DNA from: an uncultured Gammaproteobacteria bacterium
GTDB lineage: Bacteria; Pseudomonadota; Gammaproteobacteria; Steroidobacterales; UBA11654
Direction of reading: 5' to 3'
DNA length: 64,000 bases
Assembly (NCBI GenBank): GCA_937801655.1
Contig: CALMWC010000005.1
Span: 1,811-65,810 of the forward strand
The notes beneath the pieces were generated by a model. The model was not told the origin of the DNA and did no database searches. It saw nothing but the letters and a program-made list of their open reading frames with translations. Below, one piece after another: positions 27,940 to 39,347 of the stretch (position 1 is the stretch's first letter; every line of letters starts with the position of its first letter). The position numbers and the translations under genes are program-made.

Positions 27940-28881
27940 ATGTCTGAAAATATTATTCTCATAAAAGGACCTACGGCTTCTGGTAAAACTGATTTAGCTA
28001 TCTCACTTCTTGAGGAATTTCCTATAGAGATCGTTAGTGTTGATTCAGTTATGGTCTATAAAGGTTTAAATATTGGAACGGCAAAACCATCCGATGCATT
28101 ATTAAAAAAATACCCACATCATTTGGTAAATATTTGTGAACCCCATGAAAATTATTCTGTAGGTCAATTTTATCAAGATGTCAGTAAAGCTATTCAATTG
28201 ATTTTAAAGAAAGGCAAGGTGCCACTTTTAGTCGGAGGTACAATGATGTATTTTAGGGCAATTCAACAAGGTCTGAGTAATTTGCCAACATCCAATGCAT
28301 CGCTCAGAGAACAGATAGAAACAGAAGCAAGAATCAATGGTTGGCCATACATGCATGGCAAATTAAAAGAAGTTGATCCAATCTCAGCAAAAAAGATAAA
28401 ACCTACTGATAAACAAAGAATTGAAAGGGCGTTGGAAGTTTATCAAATATCTGGCAAACCAATTAGTCAGCATCATAAAGAAAAATCAAAAAGTTTGAAC
28501 TATAATTATTTTAATATATCACTTATTCCAACCATAAGGAGTAAACTGCATTCAATAATTGCTAATCGATTAGAAACCATGATTGATGAAGGTTTAGTTG
28601 ATGAAGTAAGAGTACTTCTTAATTCAGAACAAGTGAATTCAACCTGCAATTCTATGAAGAGTGTAGGTTATAAGCAAATATGCCAATACCTTATAAATAG
28701 TTGCACCCTAGAAGAAGCTAAAGAAGATGCAAAGACGTCCACAAGACGATTGGCAAAAAGACAACTCACATGGCTTAGGTCCGAGTCTTCTAACATTGAA
28801 ATTGATATTCATTCAGATAGTATAATTGATAAGTCTAAATCAGCATTAGACACGTTTTTAAATAAAAATATTCATGATTGA
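27940..28881 (+). CDS. miaA: tRNA dimethylallyltransferase
   Basis: P-loop GPTASGKT, SVDSVMVYKGLNIGTAKP, and GGTMMYF. Confidence 0.9.
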   Translation: MSENIILIKGPTASGKTDLAISLLEEFPIEIVSVDSVMVYKGLNIGTAKPSDALLKKYPHHLVNICEPHENYSVGQFYQDVSKAIQLILKKGKVPLLVGGTMMYFRAIQQGLSNLPTSNASLREQIETEARINGWPYMHGKLKEVDPISAKKIKPTDKQRIERALEVYQISGKPISQHHKEKSKSLNYNYFNISLIPTIRSKLHSIIANRLETMIDEGLVDEVRVLLNSEQVNSTCNSMKSVGYKQICQYLINSCTLEEAKEDAKTSTRRLAKRQLTWLRSESSNIEIDIHSDSIIDKSKSALDTFLNKNIHD

Positions 28882-30186
28882 ACTAAAAGAAAAATCAACA
28901 AATGCACATCTCGTTATTATTAGATCTTCAAAAGGATCAGTTGAGTATGATAATGAAGAATTTATTTCTTTAACGTTATCAACGGGTGCCGCTGTTAAAG
29001 GTATTACTTATGTTGATGCAAGAAAATTTATTCGAAGCAGCCTTATAGGAAAAGGTAAAATGAAAGAAATTAAAGATGAAGTTGATCTCAATTGTTCTGA
29101 TTTAATAGTATTTAATTATAGCCTCTCTGCTTCACAAGAACGCAATCTAGAGCAGTATTTTAAAATTAGGGTTATCGATAGAACCAGATTAATTCTTGAC
29201 ATTTTTGCACAAAGAGCACGAACCAATACAGGAAAACTCCAAGTCGAATTAGCTCAGCTTACTCATCTATCTACTCGATTAATTCGCGGCTGGACTCATT
29301 TAGAAAGACAGAAAGGAGGTATTGGTCTAAGAGGGCCAGGAGAGACACAACTTGAGACGGATCGAAGGTTGATTCAAAATCGGATCAAATCAATTAAGTC
29401 AAAACTTAAAAAAATAAGTACTCAAAGACAGACGACTCGTAAATCAAGAAATAAGGTTATGAAGAATGTTGCCCTAGTTGGGTATACTAATGCTGGTAAA
29501 ACAACTCTTTTCAATACATTATGTGGCGAGAATGCACTGGCTGAGGATAAACTATTTGCTACTCTTGATCCTCTATTTAGACCTGTTGAGTTTACCTAAA
29601 AATAGAAAAGCAATTCTTAGTGACACTGTTGGTTTTATTAAAGAACTTCCGAGTGAACTGATTGAGGCTTTTTTATCAACTCTAGAAGAAGTCACAAATG
29701 CAGATGTATTGATTCATGTCATCGATGTCAGTGACCGATTTATGTATGAAAACAAAAGATCTGTGAATGAAGTTTTAACAACAATAGGGGCTGACAAAAT
29801 ACCAGTTATAAATGTTTATAATAAAATTGATCTTATGAAAGAAAAAATAAATCTTATAAATGATGATAATCATATTCAAATCTCAGCTAAAGATGGGCTC
29901 GGCATTGAAAATTTATTGCATTCAATTTCTAAGAAAATTAAACCAGAGCCAATCAGTGCATTAATTCAAATTAATATTAATCAATCAAAAGAAAGAGCCT
30001 CTAATATATTCTCAGTCCAGTGTTATTCAGGAAAAACTGATAGATAATAATTTACTAGAAATGAATGTTGAAATTGATATGAAAAGTTTAAAGAAAATGA
30101 AAAAATATATAAACATTGATGTAGTTGAGAGTAAACTACAGATATTGGAACAAAAATTTAAAAAGAAATCAGGAATAAAGGAATAA
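28874..30186 (+). pseudogene. hflX: GTPase HflX, reading frame interrupted twice (+1 near 29590 and +1 near 30000-30010)
   Basis: Three consecutive frames together give a full-length HflX. Frame a carries ...GYTNAGKTTLFN...LFATLDP. Frame b carries ...ILSDTVGFIKELPSELIEAF...NKIDL. Frame c carries ...IYSQSSVIQEKLIDNNLLEMNVEIDMKSLKK.. and ends at TAA 30184-30186. Total length is 1313 nt, i.e. 437 codons plus 2 nt. Confidence 0.8.
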
Positions 30187-30188
30187 TT

Positions 30189-31304
30189 ATGGCATTTAAT
30201 GATCAAGGAAATGGCAAGTCTCCATGGGATGCAAACAATGGACAACCGCCAGATTTAGACCAAATCGTTGCAGAGTGGCAAAAAAGATTTAATAAGCTTT
30301 TTGGTGGAAAATCAGGTGGAAGCTCCAATAAACCAAAAGGCCCACCATCATATCTACTCATTGTTATGGGTTTATTTATCTGGCTCTTATCTGGGCTCTA
30401 TCAGATTGATGATTCAGAACGTGGTGTTGTATTAAGATTTGGTGAGTATAGTGAAACAACAATGCCAGGTTTGAGCTGGAGAGCTCCATGGCCATTCGAG
30501 TCAGTTGAGATAGTCAATGTAAATGTTGTTAATAGATTCAAACAACAAACTACAATGTTGACTTCAGATGAAAATATTATAGTTGTGGATTTAGTTGTTC
30601 AATATAGGAAAAGTAATCCTGTTGATTATTTATTTAATGTTAGGGATGCTGAAACAACTTTAAGTGAAGTTAGCGAGAGTGCAATCCGTGAAGTGGCTGG
30701 CAAAAGTAAATTAGATTTTGTTTTGACAGAGGGAAGAACAGAAATTGCATTAAGGACGCAAGAACTAATTCAGCAAACATTAGATGAGTATGGTACTGGA
30801 ATCAGCATCACTAAAGTCAATCTTCAAGATGCAAACTTTCCCCTTCAGGTGGAAGATGCAGTCCAAGATGCAATTAAAGCAAGAGAAGACAAAGAACGTT
30901 TATCTTTTGAAGCAGAAGCTTACGCCAATGATATTGTTCCAAAAGCAAGAGGTGAAGCTGCAAAAATGATTCAAGAGGCAGAGGCATACAAAGAAAAGGT
31001 GATAGCAGACTCTGAAGGTGAGGCGGACAGATTTACTAAGTTATTGGTTGAATACCAAAGAGCACCTGAAGTAACTAGAGAAAGACTATATATAGAAGCA
31101 ATTGAAACTGTTTATCTTAATTCTAATAAAGTACTTATGGATTCAGAAGGGAATGGAAGTTTAATGTACTTGCCGATTGATAAGTTACTTGAGAATACCA
31201 ACAAACAAAATAGATCTGAAAATAATATCAATAAAGGCCAAACAATTGAGAATAATCAACCGGTGAATCAGAATCAAGATTCAAGAATGAGGAGGGTAAG
31301 GTAA
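30189..31304 (+). CDS. hflK: FtsH protease modulator HflK
   Basis: N-terminal GPPDLDQI motif, TM segment and SPFH/band-7 domain. Positioned after hflX. Confidence 0.9.
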   Translation: MAFNDQGNGKSPWDANNGQPPDLDQIVAEWQKRFNKLFGGKSGGSSNKPKGPPSYLLIVMGLFIWLLSGLYQIDDSERGVVLRFGEYSETTMPGLSWRAPWPFESVEIVNVNVVNRFKQQTTMLTSDENIIVVDLVVQYRKSNPVDYLFNVRDAETTLSEVSESAIREVAGKSKLDFVLTEGRTEIALRTQELIQQTLDEYGTGISITKVNLQDANFPLQVEDAVQDAIKAREDKERLSFEAEAYANDIVPKARGEAAKMIQEAEAYKEKVIADSEGEADRFTKLLVEYQRAPEVTRERLYIEAIETVYLNSNKVLMDSEGNGSLMYLPIDKLLENTNKQNRSENNINKGQTIENNQPVNQNQDSRMRRVR

Positions 31305-32167
31305 TGAAAAATATTTTAATCTTTGTAGCAGTTATTGCTTTTGTAATAATTTCAAATTCAATATTCATAGTTGATGAAAGAGAACATGCTTTGAAATTTA
31401 GATTTGGCGAAGTTATTAAGTCTGACTATGAACCTGGCATTCATTTTAAGGTTCCATTTGTTAATAATGTTCAAAAATATAGTAAGCAATTGTTAACGAT
31501 TAACAATCCACAAGAATTATTTCTTACACAAGAAAAGAAAAATCTCTATGTTGACTTCTTCATAAAATGGAAAATTGCAGATACGCAAGAATATTATAGA
31601 TCAACAGGTGGAGATGAACTCGTTGCTGCTCAAAGACTATTGGAAACAGTTAAAGACGGCATTCGTTCTGAATTTGCTAAAAGAACAGTGATCGAAGTGG
31701 TTTCTAAGGAAAGAAGAGAAGTTATGGCAGGGATGCTGAGTGCGGCCACAATGAATGCAGAAAATCTTGGCATTGAACTGATAGATGTTCGAGTCAAGAA
31801 AATTGAACTATCTGGTGAGGTAAGTGAATCTGTCTACAATAGAATGAGGCAAGAACGAGCAAGGTTTGCATCAGAACTTAGAGCTGAGGGATCAGAATCT
31901 GCAACCATTATAAGAGCTGCTGCCGGAAGAGAAAGAACAGTGCTTCTAGCTAATGCGTATAGAGATTCTGAGAAGATTAGAGGTTCAGGTGACGCTACAG
32001 CAGCTAACATATATTCAACAGCTTTTAATGCTGATAAAGAGTTTTATTCTTTCCATCGAAGTATAGAAGCGTATAAGAATTCTATTGGAACAAATAATGA
32101 TGTATTGATTTTAGATGGAAAGGGTGACTTTTTTAAATACTTAAAAAATCAAGAACCTAATAAATAA
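31304..32167 (+). CDS. hflC: FtsH protease modulator HflC
   Basis: SPFH/band-7 domain. ATGA-type coupling to hflK. Confidence 0.9.
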   Translation: MKNILIFVAVIAFVIISNSIFIVDEREHALKFRFGEVIKSDYEPGIHFKVPFVNNVQKYSKQLLTINNPQELFLTQEKKNLYVDFFIKWKIADTQEYYRSTGGDELVAAQRLLETVKDGIRSEFAKRTVIEVVSKERREVMAGMLSAATMNAENLGIELIDVRVKKIELSGEVSESVYNRMRQERARFASELRAEGSESATIIRAAAGRERTVLLANAYRDSEKIRGSGDATAANIYSTAFNADKEFYSFHRSIEAYKNSIGTNNDVLILDGKGDFFKYLKNQEPNK

Positions 32168-32188
32168 GAGACTTTATTTTTTTTAGCT

Positions 32189-33681
<1,493 letters not shown>

Positions 33682-33684
33682 AAA

Positions 33685-34428
33685 ATGACTGATCAATCTT
33701 ATATTTATGGAATTAACACCATACTAGATACTCTTAAGTACGACCCAGATTTATTCATTGAAATTTATATGAAAGAAAATTCTGATAATAAAAGATTCAA
33801 GGAAATTATTTTTCTTGCTACTGAAAAAAATATTCCAATAAGAAAAATACCAAAGTCCAAACTAGATAAGCTTGCCTCTACAGCAAAAAATCAAGGCTTG
33901 GCAGCACTTATAAAACATAAAGATAAATACGATTCAAAATCAGCAATAAAGTACTTAGATTCTTTAGATAATCCATTAGTTCTAATTTTAGATGGTCTTG
34001 AGGACCCTAGAAATATCGGAGCATGCTACAGAACGGCTAACTCTTCGGGTGTTGATATGGTCGTTATACCAAAAAATAGAGTAAGCCTTGACAGCCCAGT
34101 AATAAGTAAGGTTTCATCAGGAGCATCTGAACTAACTAATACAGCTTATATATCCAACTTATCTAGCTTTATTAAAGATCTGAAAAAAATTGGAATATGG
34201 ATTTGTGGCTCATCTGATACAGCAATGACTAATTACAGTGAAATAGATTTTAATCAACCTATAGCTATAGTTATCGGTTCAGAAGGGAAAGGTATCAGGC
34301 ACTTAACAGAAAAGAATTGTGATTATTTAGTTTCTATACCTATGCGAGGTCAGGTGGATAGTCTCAACGTATCTGTTGCTTGTGGAATATTGGTATATGA
34401 AGTGCTTAGACAAAGACAATATATTTAG
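33685..34428 (+). CDS. rlmB: 23S rRNA (Gm2251) 2'-O-methyltransferase, SpoU family
   Basis: SpoU/TrmH motifs LDGLEDPRNIGA, VIGSEGKGIR and SLNVSVA. Confidence 0.85.
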   Translation: MTDQSYIYGINTILDTLKYDPDLFIEIYMKENSDNKRFKEIIFLATEKNIPIRKIPKSKLDKLASTAKNQGLAALIKHKDKYDSKSAIKYLDSLDNPLVLILDGLEDPRNIGACYRTANSSGVDMVVIPKNRVSLDSPVISKVSSGASELTNTAYISNLSSFIKDLKKIGIWICGSSDTAMTNYSEIDFNQPIAIVIGSEGKGIRHLTEKNCDYLVSIPMRGQVDSLNVSVACGILVYEVLRQRQYI

Positions 34429-34527
34429 TTTGTATATTCATAGTAATTAAAGTACGATTCTTTTTCTTAACATAGAAACAACCTTGCTGCACTTAATAAT
34501 AAGGTAGCTTAAACCAAAAGGAATAAT

Positions 34528-35031
34528 ATGAGACATTACGAATTAGTACTTCTAGTTCATCCAGATCAAAGTGAGCAACTCCAAGATATGCTCAAACGAT
34601 ATCAAGATATGATCACAAAAAATGGTGGACAGATCCATAGAGTAGAAGATATAGGCAGAATACAATTAGCTTATACGATACAAGACATGCATAAAGCACA
34701 TTATGTTTTGATGAACATCGAATGTGATGATTCAACTATTACAGAAATAGAGACATCTTTTAAATACAATGATTCAATAATGAGACACTTATGCTTGAGG
34801 ATGAAGAAAGCTGAAACTGAAACTTCAAAGTTATATCAAACGCATAAGAAAGAAGATAAAAAAGGAAAATATGCAGCTAAAAATAAAGAAGAAAAAAAGA
34901 TAATTGAGCCTAAAGAAGAAAAAAAGACAATTGAGCCAGAAGAAACTAAGAAGGAATCTTCAGAAAATGAAAAGATAGAATCAGAATCTACAGAAACAGA
35001 CAAAGAGGAAGCAACTGATGAAAAAGACTAA
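34528..35031 (+). CDS. rpsF: 30S ribosomal protein S6 with long K/E-rich C-terminal tail
   Basis: [17 protein letters not shown] start. The tail from about residue 95 is lysine/glutamate-rich and contains a 27-nt tandem duplication. Confidence 0.9.
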   Translation: MRHYELVLLVHPDQSEQLQDMLKRYQDMITKNGGQIHRVEDIGRIQLAYTIQDMHKAHYVLMNIECDDSTITEIETSFKYNDSIMRHLCLRMKKAETETSKLYQTHKKEDKKGKYAAKNKEEKKIIEPKEEKKTIEPEETKKESSENEKIESESTETDKEEATDEKD

Positions 35032-35281
35032 AAAGAAAGCTTTTAAAAGAAAAAAGAATCTAAATAGAAATACAAATAAGTATTGTAAATTTACAGCCGA
35101 AGGAGTTGAGCAGATAGATTATAAGGATATAGAAGTCCTAAAAAAATACATTACTGAAACTGGAAAAATTATTCCAAGTAGAATCACAGGAACAAAGAGT
35201 CATTTCCAGACCCAATTGACTACTGCTATAAAACGAGCAAGATTTTTAGCACTTCTGCCATTCACAGATCAACATTCATAA
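35018..35281 (+). CDS. rpsR: 30S ribosomal protein S18
   Basis: [37 protein letters not shown] matches the S18 core. Overlaps the rpsF end by 14 nt. Confidence 0.9.
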   Translation: MKKTKKKAFKRKKNLNRNTNKYCKFTAEGVEQIDYKDIEVLKKYITETGKIIPSRITGTKSHFQTQLTTAIKRARFLALLPFTDQHS

Positions 35282-35305
35282 ATAAGTACTTATAAGAGAT
35301 ATCAA

Positions 35306-35836
35306 ATGGAAGTTATATTAAAGGAAACAATTAAAAACCTTGGAGAAATTGGTGACCTAGTAACAGTCAGGCCTGGCTATGGAAGAAACTACCTTGTGCC
35401 TCAAGGTAAAGCAGCATTTGCTACAAAAGAAAATATTAAATTACTAGAAAAGCAAAAAGCAGAATTAGAGGTCAAGCAAGAGGAAGAACTTGTCATTCTT
35501 AAAGAACAAGCAAGTAAATTTGAGAATGTAATGTTAACAATAAAAGCTAATATTACAGAAGATGGTAATTTATATGGATCCGTTGGAACTATAGATATTT
35601 CAAATAGCGCCGCTGAAAATGGTTTAGAGCTTGAGAGAAGCGTGATTAACTTACCTGATGGTCCGATAAAAACTATTGGAATGCATCAAGTTTCACTTGT
35701 ATTTCATTCAGATATAAAAGTTCATATTAACGTTAATGTGGTCGGTGGAGAAGTCGCAATAAAAAATACTTTGGATTCGGAAGAAGAAATAGATAATATC
35801 GAAGTAGAAAAAGAAATTATCAAAGAATCCGATTAA
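35306..35836 (+). CDS. rplI: 50S ribosomal protein L9 (with acidic C-terminal extension)
   Basis: MEVILKETIKNLGEIGDLVTVRPGYGRNYLVPQGKA matches the L9 N-domain. Confidence 0.9.
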   Translation: MEVILKETIKNLGEIGDLVTVRPGYGRNYLVPQGKAAFATKENIKLLEKQKAELEVKQEEELVILKEQASKFENVMLTIKANITEDGNLYGSVGTIDISNSAAENGLELERSVINLPDGPIKTIGMHQVSLVFHSDIKVHINVNVVGGEVAIKNTLDSEEEIDNIEVEKEIIKESD

Positions 35837-37222
35837 ATGGCAAAAATAGCTGAATCCAAAAAAAATATAGAGCCTTTAGGTCACTTAAAATTACCCCCTC
35901 ATTCACCAGATGCAGAATCTGCTTTACTGGGTGGACTGATGTTGGATCCTGACAGTCAAGCTTATGATAAAATTGCAGATGTAGTTTCAGAGCAGGATTT
36001 TTATCGTAACGAAAATAAATCTATATTCAATGCTATACAGATTCTCTCAGAACAAAGTAAAGTAACTGATTTACTAACTGTATCTGATTTTTTAGATTCA
36101 TCTGGGAGTTTCGAGATACAACCTGCAATCGATTATCTAGCTAATTTAATAGAGAATACAGCTGGAAATTCTAATGTTAAAGAATACGCAAAGATCATTA
36201 GAGAAAAAGCACTACTCAGAGACCTTATATCTACTAGTAATGAGATTACTCAGAGTGCCTATCAACCGGAAGGTAGAAGCCCATCAGAACTGGTAGATAT
36301 AGCAGAAGCAAGTATATTTGAAATTGCAGAAAGAGGAACTAGGAATGTTAGTTTCTCAAATATGAAAGATTTAGTTAAGGAAGCATATGATGAATTGGAT
36401 CAAAGGTCACAAGGTGGTGGAGGACTAACAGGTGTAGAATCAGGATTTAGAGAGCTCGATAAAATAACAGCTGGACTCCAAAAAGGTGAGCTTATAATCG
36501 TAGCAGGAAGACCATCAATGGGTAAGACAGCATTTGCTCTTAATATAGCTGAGCATGTTGCTTTGGCAGATAATAACCCTGTTGCTATTTTTAGCATGGA
36601 GATGTCTGCAAGTTCATTAGCACAAAGAATGATATCGTCTTTAGGTAGAGTAAATGCCCATTCAGTAAAAACTGGAAAATTGGAAGAAAAAGATTGGCAT
36701 AGAATTGATGGTGCGATTCAACAGATGAGAAATGCGCCTATATATATAGATGACACGCCTTCTTTAACCCCTATAGAAATCAGAGCAAGAGCCAGAAGAA
36801 TTCAAAGAGAAAAAGGATTGAAACTGATAGTTATAGATTATCTCCAATTGATGCAAGTTAGTGGCAGTAAAGAGAACAGAGCCACTGAGATCTCAGAAAT
36901 ATCTAGAAATTTAAAAGCACTAGCAAGAGAGCTAAATATTCCTATTATTGCACTATCTCAATTGAATAGAAGTGTTGAACAAAGAACTGATAAAAAACCC
37001 CAAATGTCAGATTTAAGAGAGTCTGGTGCGATTGAACAAGATGCAGATTTGATAGCTTTTATATACCGTGAAGAAGTCTATGATCCTGAAACAGACAAAA
37101 AAGGAATTGCATTAATCGATATAGCTAAGCAAAGAAATGGAGCTATAGGAAGCTTTAACTTGACCTTCTTAGGTAGGTATACAAAATTTGAAAACTGGGC
37201 TCCTGAATATGAAGATCTCTAA
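35837..37222 (+). CDS. dnaB: replicative DNA helicase DnaB
   Basis: PPHSPDAESALLGGLM N-domain, Walker A GRPSMGKTAFALN, IVIDYLQLM and SQLNRSVEQR. Confidence 0.95.
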   Translation: MAKIAESKKNIEPLGHLKLPPHSPDAESALLGGLMLDPDSQAYDKIADVVSEQDFYRNENKSIFNAIQILSEQSKVTDLLTVSDFLDSSGSFEIQPAIDYLANLIENTAGNSNVKEYAKIIREKALLRDLISTSNEITQSAYQPEGRSPSELVDIAEASIFEIAERGTRNVSFSNMKDLVKEAYDELDQRSQGGGGLTGVESGFRELDKITAGLQKGELIIVAGRPSMGKTAFALNIAEHVALADNNPVAIFSMEMSASSLAQRMISSLGRVNAHSVKTGKLEEKDWHRIDGAIQQMRNAPIYIDDTPSLTPIEIRARARRIQREKGLKLIVIDYLQLMQVSGSKENRATEISEISRNLKALARELNIPIIALSQLNRSVEQRTDKKPQMSDLRESGAIEQDADLIAFIYREEVYDPETDKKGIALIDIAKQRNGAIGSFNLTFLGRYTKFENWAPEYEDL

Positions 37223-37226
37223 AGAA

Positions 37227-38513
37227 CTAAGATACAACTTTTAATTTATATTCTGGGTCAATTGCTTTAATTCTTATAGACTCTACAGCATTTTCTTTAG
37301 TGCTTATAATCCTTATCGAATATTTACCTAATGAGAATTTTGCTCCAACATCAGGGATGTAACCTAAATTTTCAAGGATAGCACCATTAATAGTTTTAGC
37401 TTCTTCAATGGGTATATTCCAATTCATCATTTTATTGAGTGTTCTAATATTTGATGAAGCATTTACAATATAATGATCACCATCTTTCTTAGGTCTCATT
37501 TCTTTATTCAATTTCTTTGTTTCATCAAGGTAGTCACCAACAATTTCTTCAAATATATCTTCAATTGTAATTAATCCTTGAATATTCCCATATTCATCTA
37601 CAGCAAAACCAACCTTTTGATTTTTACTTTTGAACTCAAATAACTGCTGACTTAAGTTTGTTTTTTCAGGGATGAAATAGGGTTTCTCCATATATTTTCT
37701 TATGAGATTATTATCAAGTTCTTTTAAGCTATTTTTCTTTAATAGTTCATTGATATTGAGTAATCCTTCAATATTATCAAGTGCATCTTTATATACAGGA
37801 ACATAGATATATATATTATCTTCTATTAGTTTTTGATTATATTGAACTGATTTATTTAAATCGATACCAATAATTTCATTATGTGGAAGCATAATATCTT
37901 CAACGGTAATATCACCTAGATCAAGGACACCCATCATAATTTTTTGTCTATCTATAGATGTTTTTGTCATACCTTCATCTATTAATGTTTTTAGTTCATC
38001 TATAGTAAGTTTTTCATCATTATCACTTGGTTTTACTCTTAGAAACCTTAAAAGTATATTTGTAAATGCATTGATTATTATAAGCAAAGGGCGCATTAAT
38101 TTGACTAATGGATAGTAAATATGACTCGCTGGTAGTGCTATCTTTTCCGGAAAAATAGCAGCTATTGTTTTAGGTGCAGAATCAGCAAATAATAGAACGA
38201 TGATTGTAAATAATAATGTACCTATTGCCACACCGCTTGGACCACCAATCTGCATAGAAACCACACCTACTATAGATGCAGCTACAAAATTGACTAAATT
38301 ATTACCAAACAGAATGAATGCAATGAGTTTATCGGGCTGTTTTAAAAGCTTTTCAGCCAATATTGCTCCTTTGTTCCCTTTTCTTGAAAGATGCCTGACA
38401 CGATATTTATTGATACGCATCAATGCTGTTTCTGTACCAGCAAAGAACGCTGACATTATTATTAATAAAGCCAGTATTAGAAAAAGTGTCCCCAGAGGGA
38501 TGTCATCGCTCAA
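37227..38513 (-). CDS. CNNM/TlyC-family transporter-associated protein (DUF21 + CBS pair + CorC_HlyC)
   Basis: N-terminal multi-TM DUF21-like region, a central CBS-like pair (VEDIMLPHNEI...), and a C-terminal CorC/HlyC-like domain. Confidence 0.75.
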   Translation of the reverse strand: MSDDIPLGTLFLILALLIIMSAFFAGTETALMRINKYRVRHLSRKGNKGAILAEKLLKQPDKLIAFILFGNNLVNFVAASIVGVVSMQIGGPSGVAIGTLLFTIIVLLFADSAPKTIAAIFPEKIALPASHIYYPLVKLMRPLLIIINAFTNILLRFLRVKPSDNDEKLTIDELKTLIDEGMTKTSIDRQKIMMGVLDLGDITVEDIMLPHNEIIGIDLNKSVQYNQKLIEDNIYIYVPVYKDALDNIEGLLNINELLKKNSLKELDNNLIRKYMEKPYFIPEKTNLSQQLFEFKSKNQKVGFAVDEYGNIQGLITIEDIFEEIVGDYLDETKKLNKEMRPKKDGDHYIVNASSNIRTLNKMMNWNIPIEEAKTINGAILENLGYIPDVGAKFSLGKYSIRIISTKENAVESIRIKAIDPEYKLKVVS

Positions 38514-38660
38514 AGACAGCGACTCCTTTATAATTACAATTTGTATATTTTGATTAGAGATTTATCCAGTGTCAAGAAAACATTATGGCTAATAGCAAAG
38601 AATTATCGTACAATCCTGCGCCATATACATTAGTAATTTAAAACTTATAAGAGTAAAAAA

Positions 38661-39116
38661 ATGGTTAAAATTAGATTATCAAGAGGCGGTTCAAAGAAAA
38701 GACCTTTTTATCACATAGTATCTACAGATAGTAGAAGTAGTAGAGATGGAAAATATATAGAACGTCTAGGTTTCTATAATCCAAGTGCTAAGAAAAATGA
38801 AGAAGATATAAGGATAGATCTTGAAAGGTTCTCTTATTGGAAGTCAGTTGGAGCACAGGTTAGTGATCGTGTAAAAAAATTAATTAAATTAACAGCATTA
38901 TCTCGAGAAGAAAGAGACATTCAGAATGTCAGTAAACTACGAAAAAGAAAAGCAAAACAAGAAGAGAAAAAATTAAAAGAAACTCCAGCTGCAGAAGAAA
39001 CTCCAGCTGCAGAAGAAACTCCAGCTGCAGAAGAAACTCCGCTGAAGAAGCTGCAGAAGAAACTCCAGCTGCAGAAGAAACTCCAGCTGCAGAAGAAACT
39101 CCAGCTGAAGAACTAG
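38661..39116 (+). CDS. rpsP: 30S ribosomal protein S16. The core is intact, but the repetitive C-terminal tail falls out of frame after about 39040.
   Basis: [20 protein letters not shown]... S16 core. As written the ORF ends at 39116, but a conceptual repair of six 1-nt indels gives a 239-codon ORF ending at TAA 39378-39380. Confidence 0.85.
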   Translation: MVKIRLSRGGSKKRPFYHIVSTDSRSSRDGKYIERLGFYNPSAKKNEEDIRIDLERFSYWKSVGAQVSDRVKKLIKLTALSREERDIQNVSKLRKRKAKQEEKKLKETPAAEETPAAEETPAAEETPLKKLQKKLQLQKKLQLQKKLQLKN

Positions 39117-39347
39117 CTGCAGAAGAAACTCCAGCTGCAGAAGAAACTCCGAGCTGAAGAAGCTGCAGAAGAAACTCCGAGCTGAAGAAGCTGCAGAAGA
39201 AACTCCAGCTGAGAAGAAACTCCGACTGAAGAAGCTGCAGAAGAAACTCCAGCTGTAGAAGAAACTCCGCTGAAGAAGCTGCAGAAGAAACTCCAGCTGA
39301 AGAAGCTGCTAGAAGAAACTCCAGCTGAAGAAGTAGCAGAAGAAGTT
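38979..39347 (+). repeat. tandem 18/27-nt repeats GAAACTCCAGCTGCAGAA / GAAACTCCAGCTGAAGAAGCTGCAGAA (ETPAAE / ETPAEEAAE) with scattered 1-nt indels
   Basis: About 17 unit copies read directly from the sequence. The indels are at about 39040/41 (-1), 39151 (+1), 39179 (+1), 39211/12 (-1), 39268/69 (-1) and 39310 (+1). Confidence 0.9.

Noticed and set aside
29478-29590. N-terminal part of track ORF 29478..30047 (MGILMLVKQLFSIHYVARMH...) as a real protein start.
   Set aside because: This segment is the out-of-frame read of the hflX G-domain. Homology to HflX in this frame begins only after about 29590.
29585-30010. Programmed +1 ribosomal frameshifting in hflX (the first site abuts an in-frame TAA, reminiscent of prfB).
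   Set aside because: - No CUU-U-type slippery codon or upstream Shine-Dalgarno stimulator is present.
- The second shift is about 40 nt before the stop in its frame.
- Compensating indels in rpsP point to base-calling or assembly problems as the simpler explanation.
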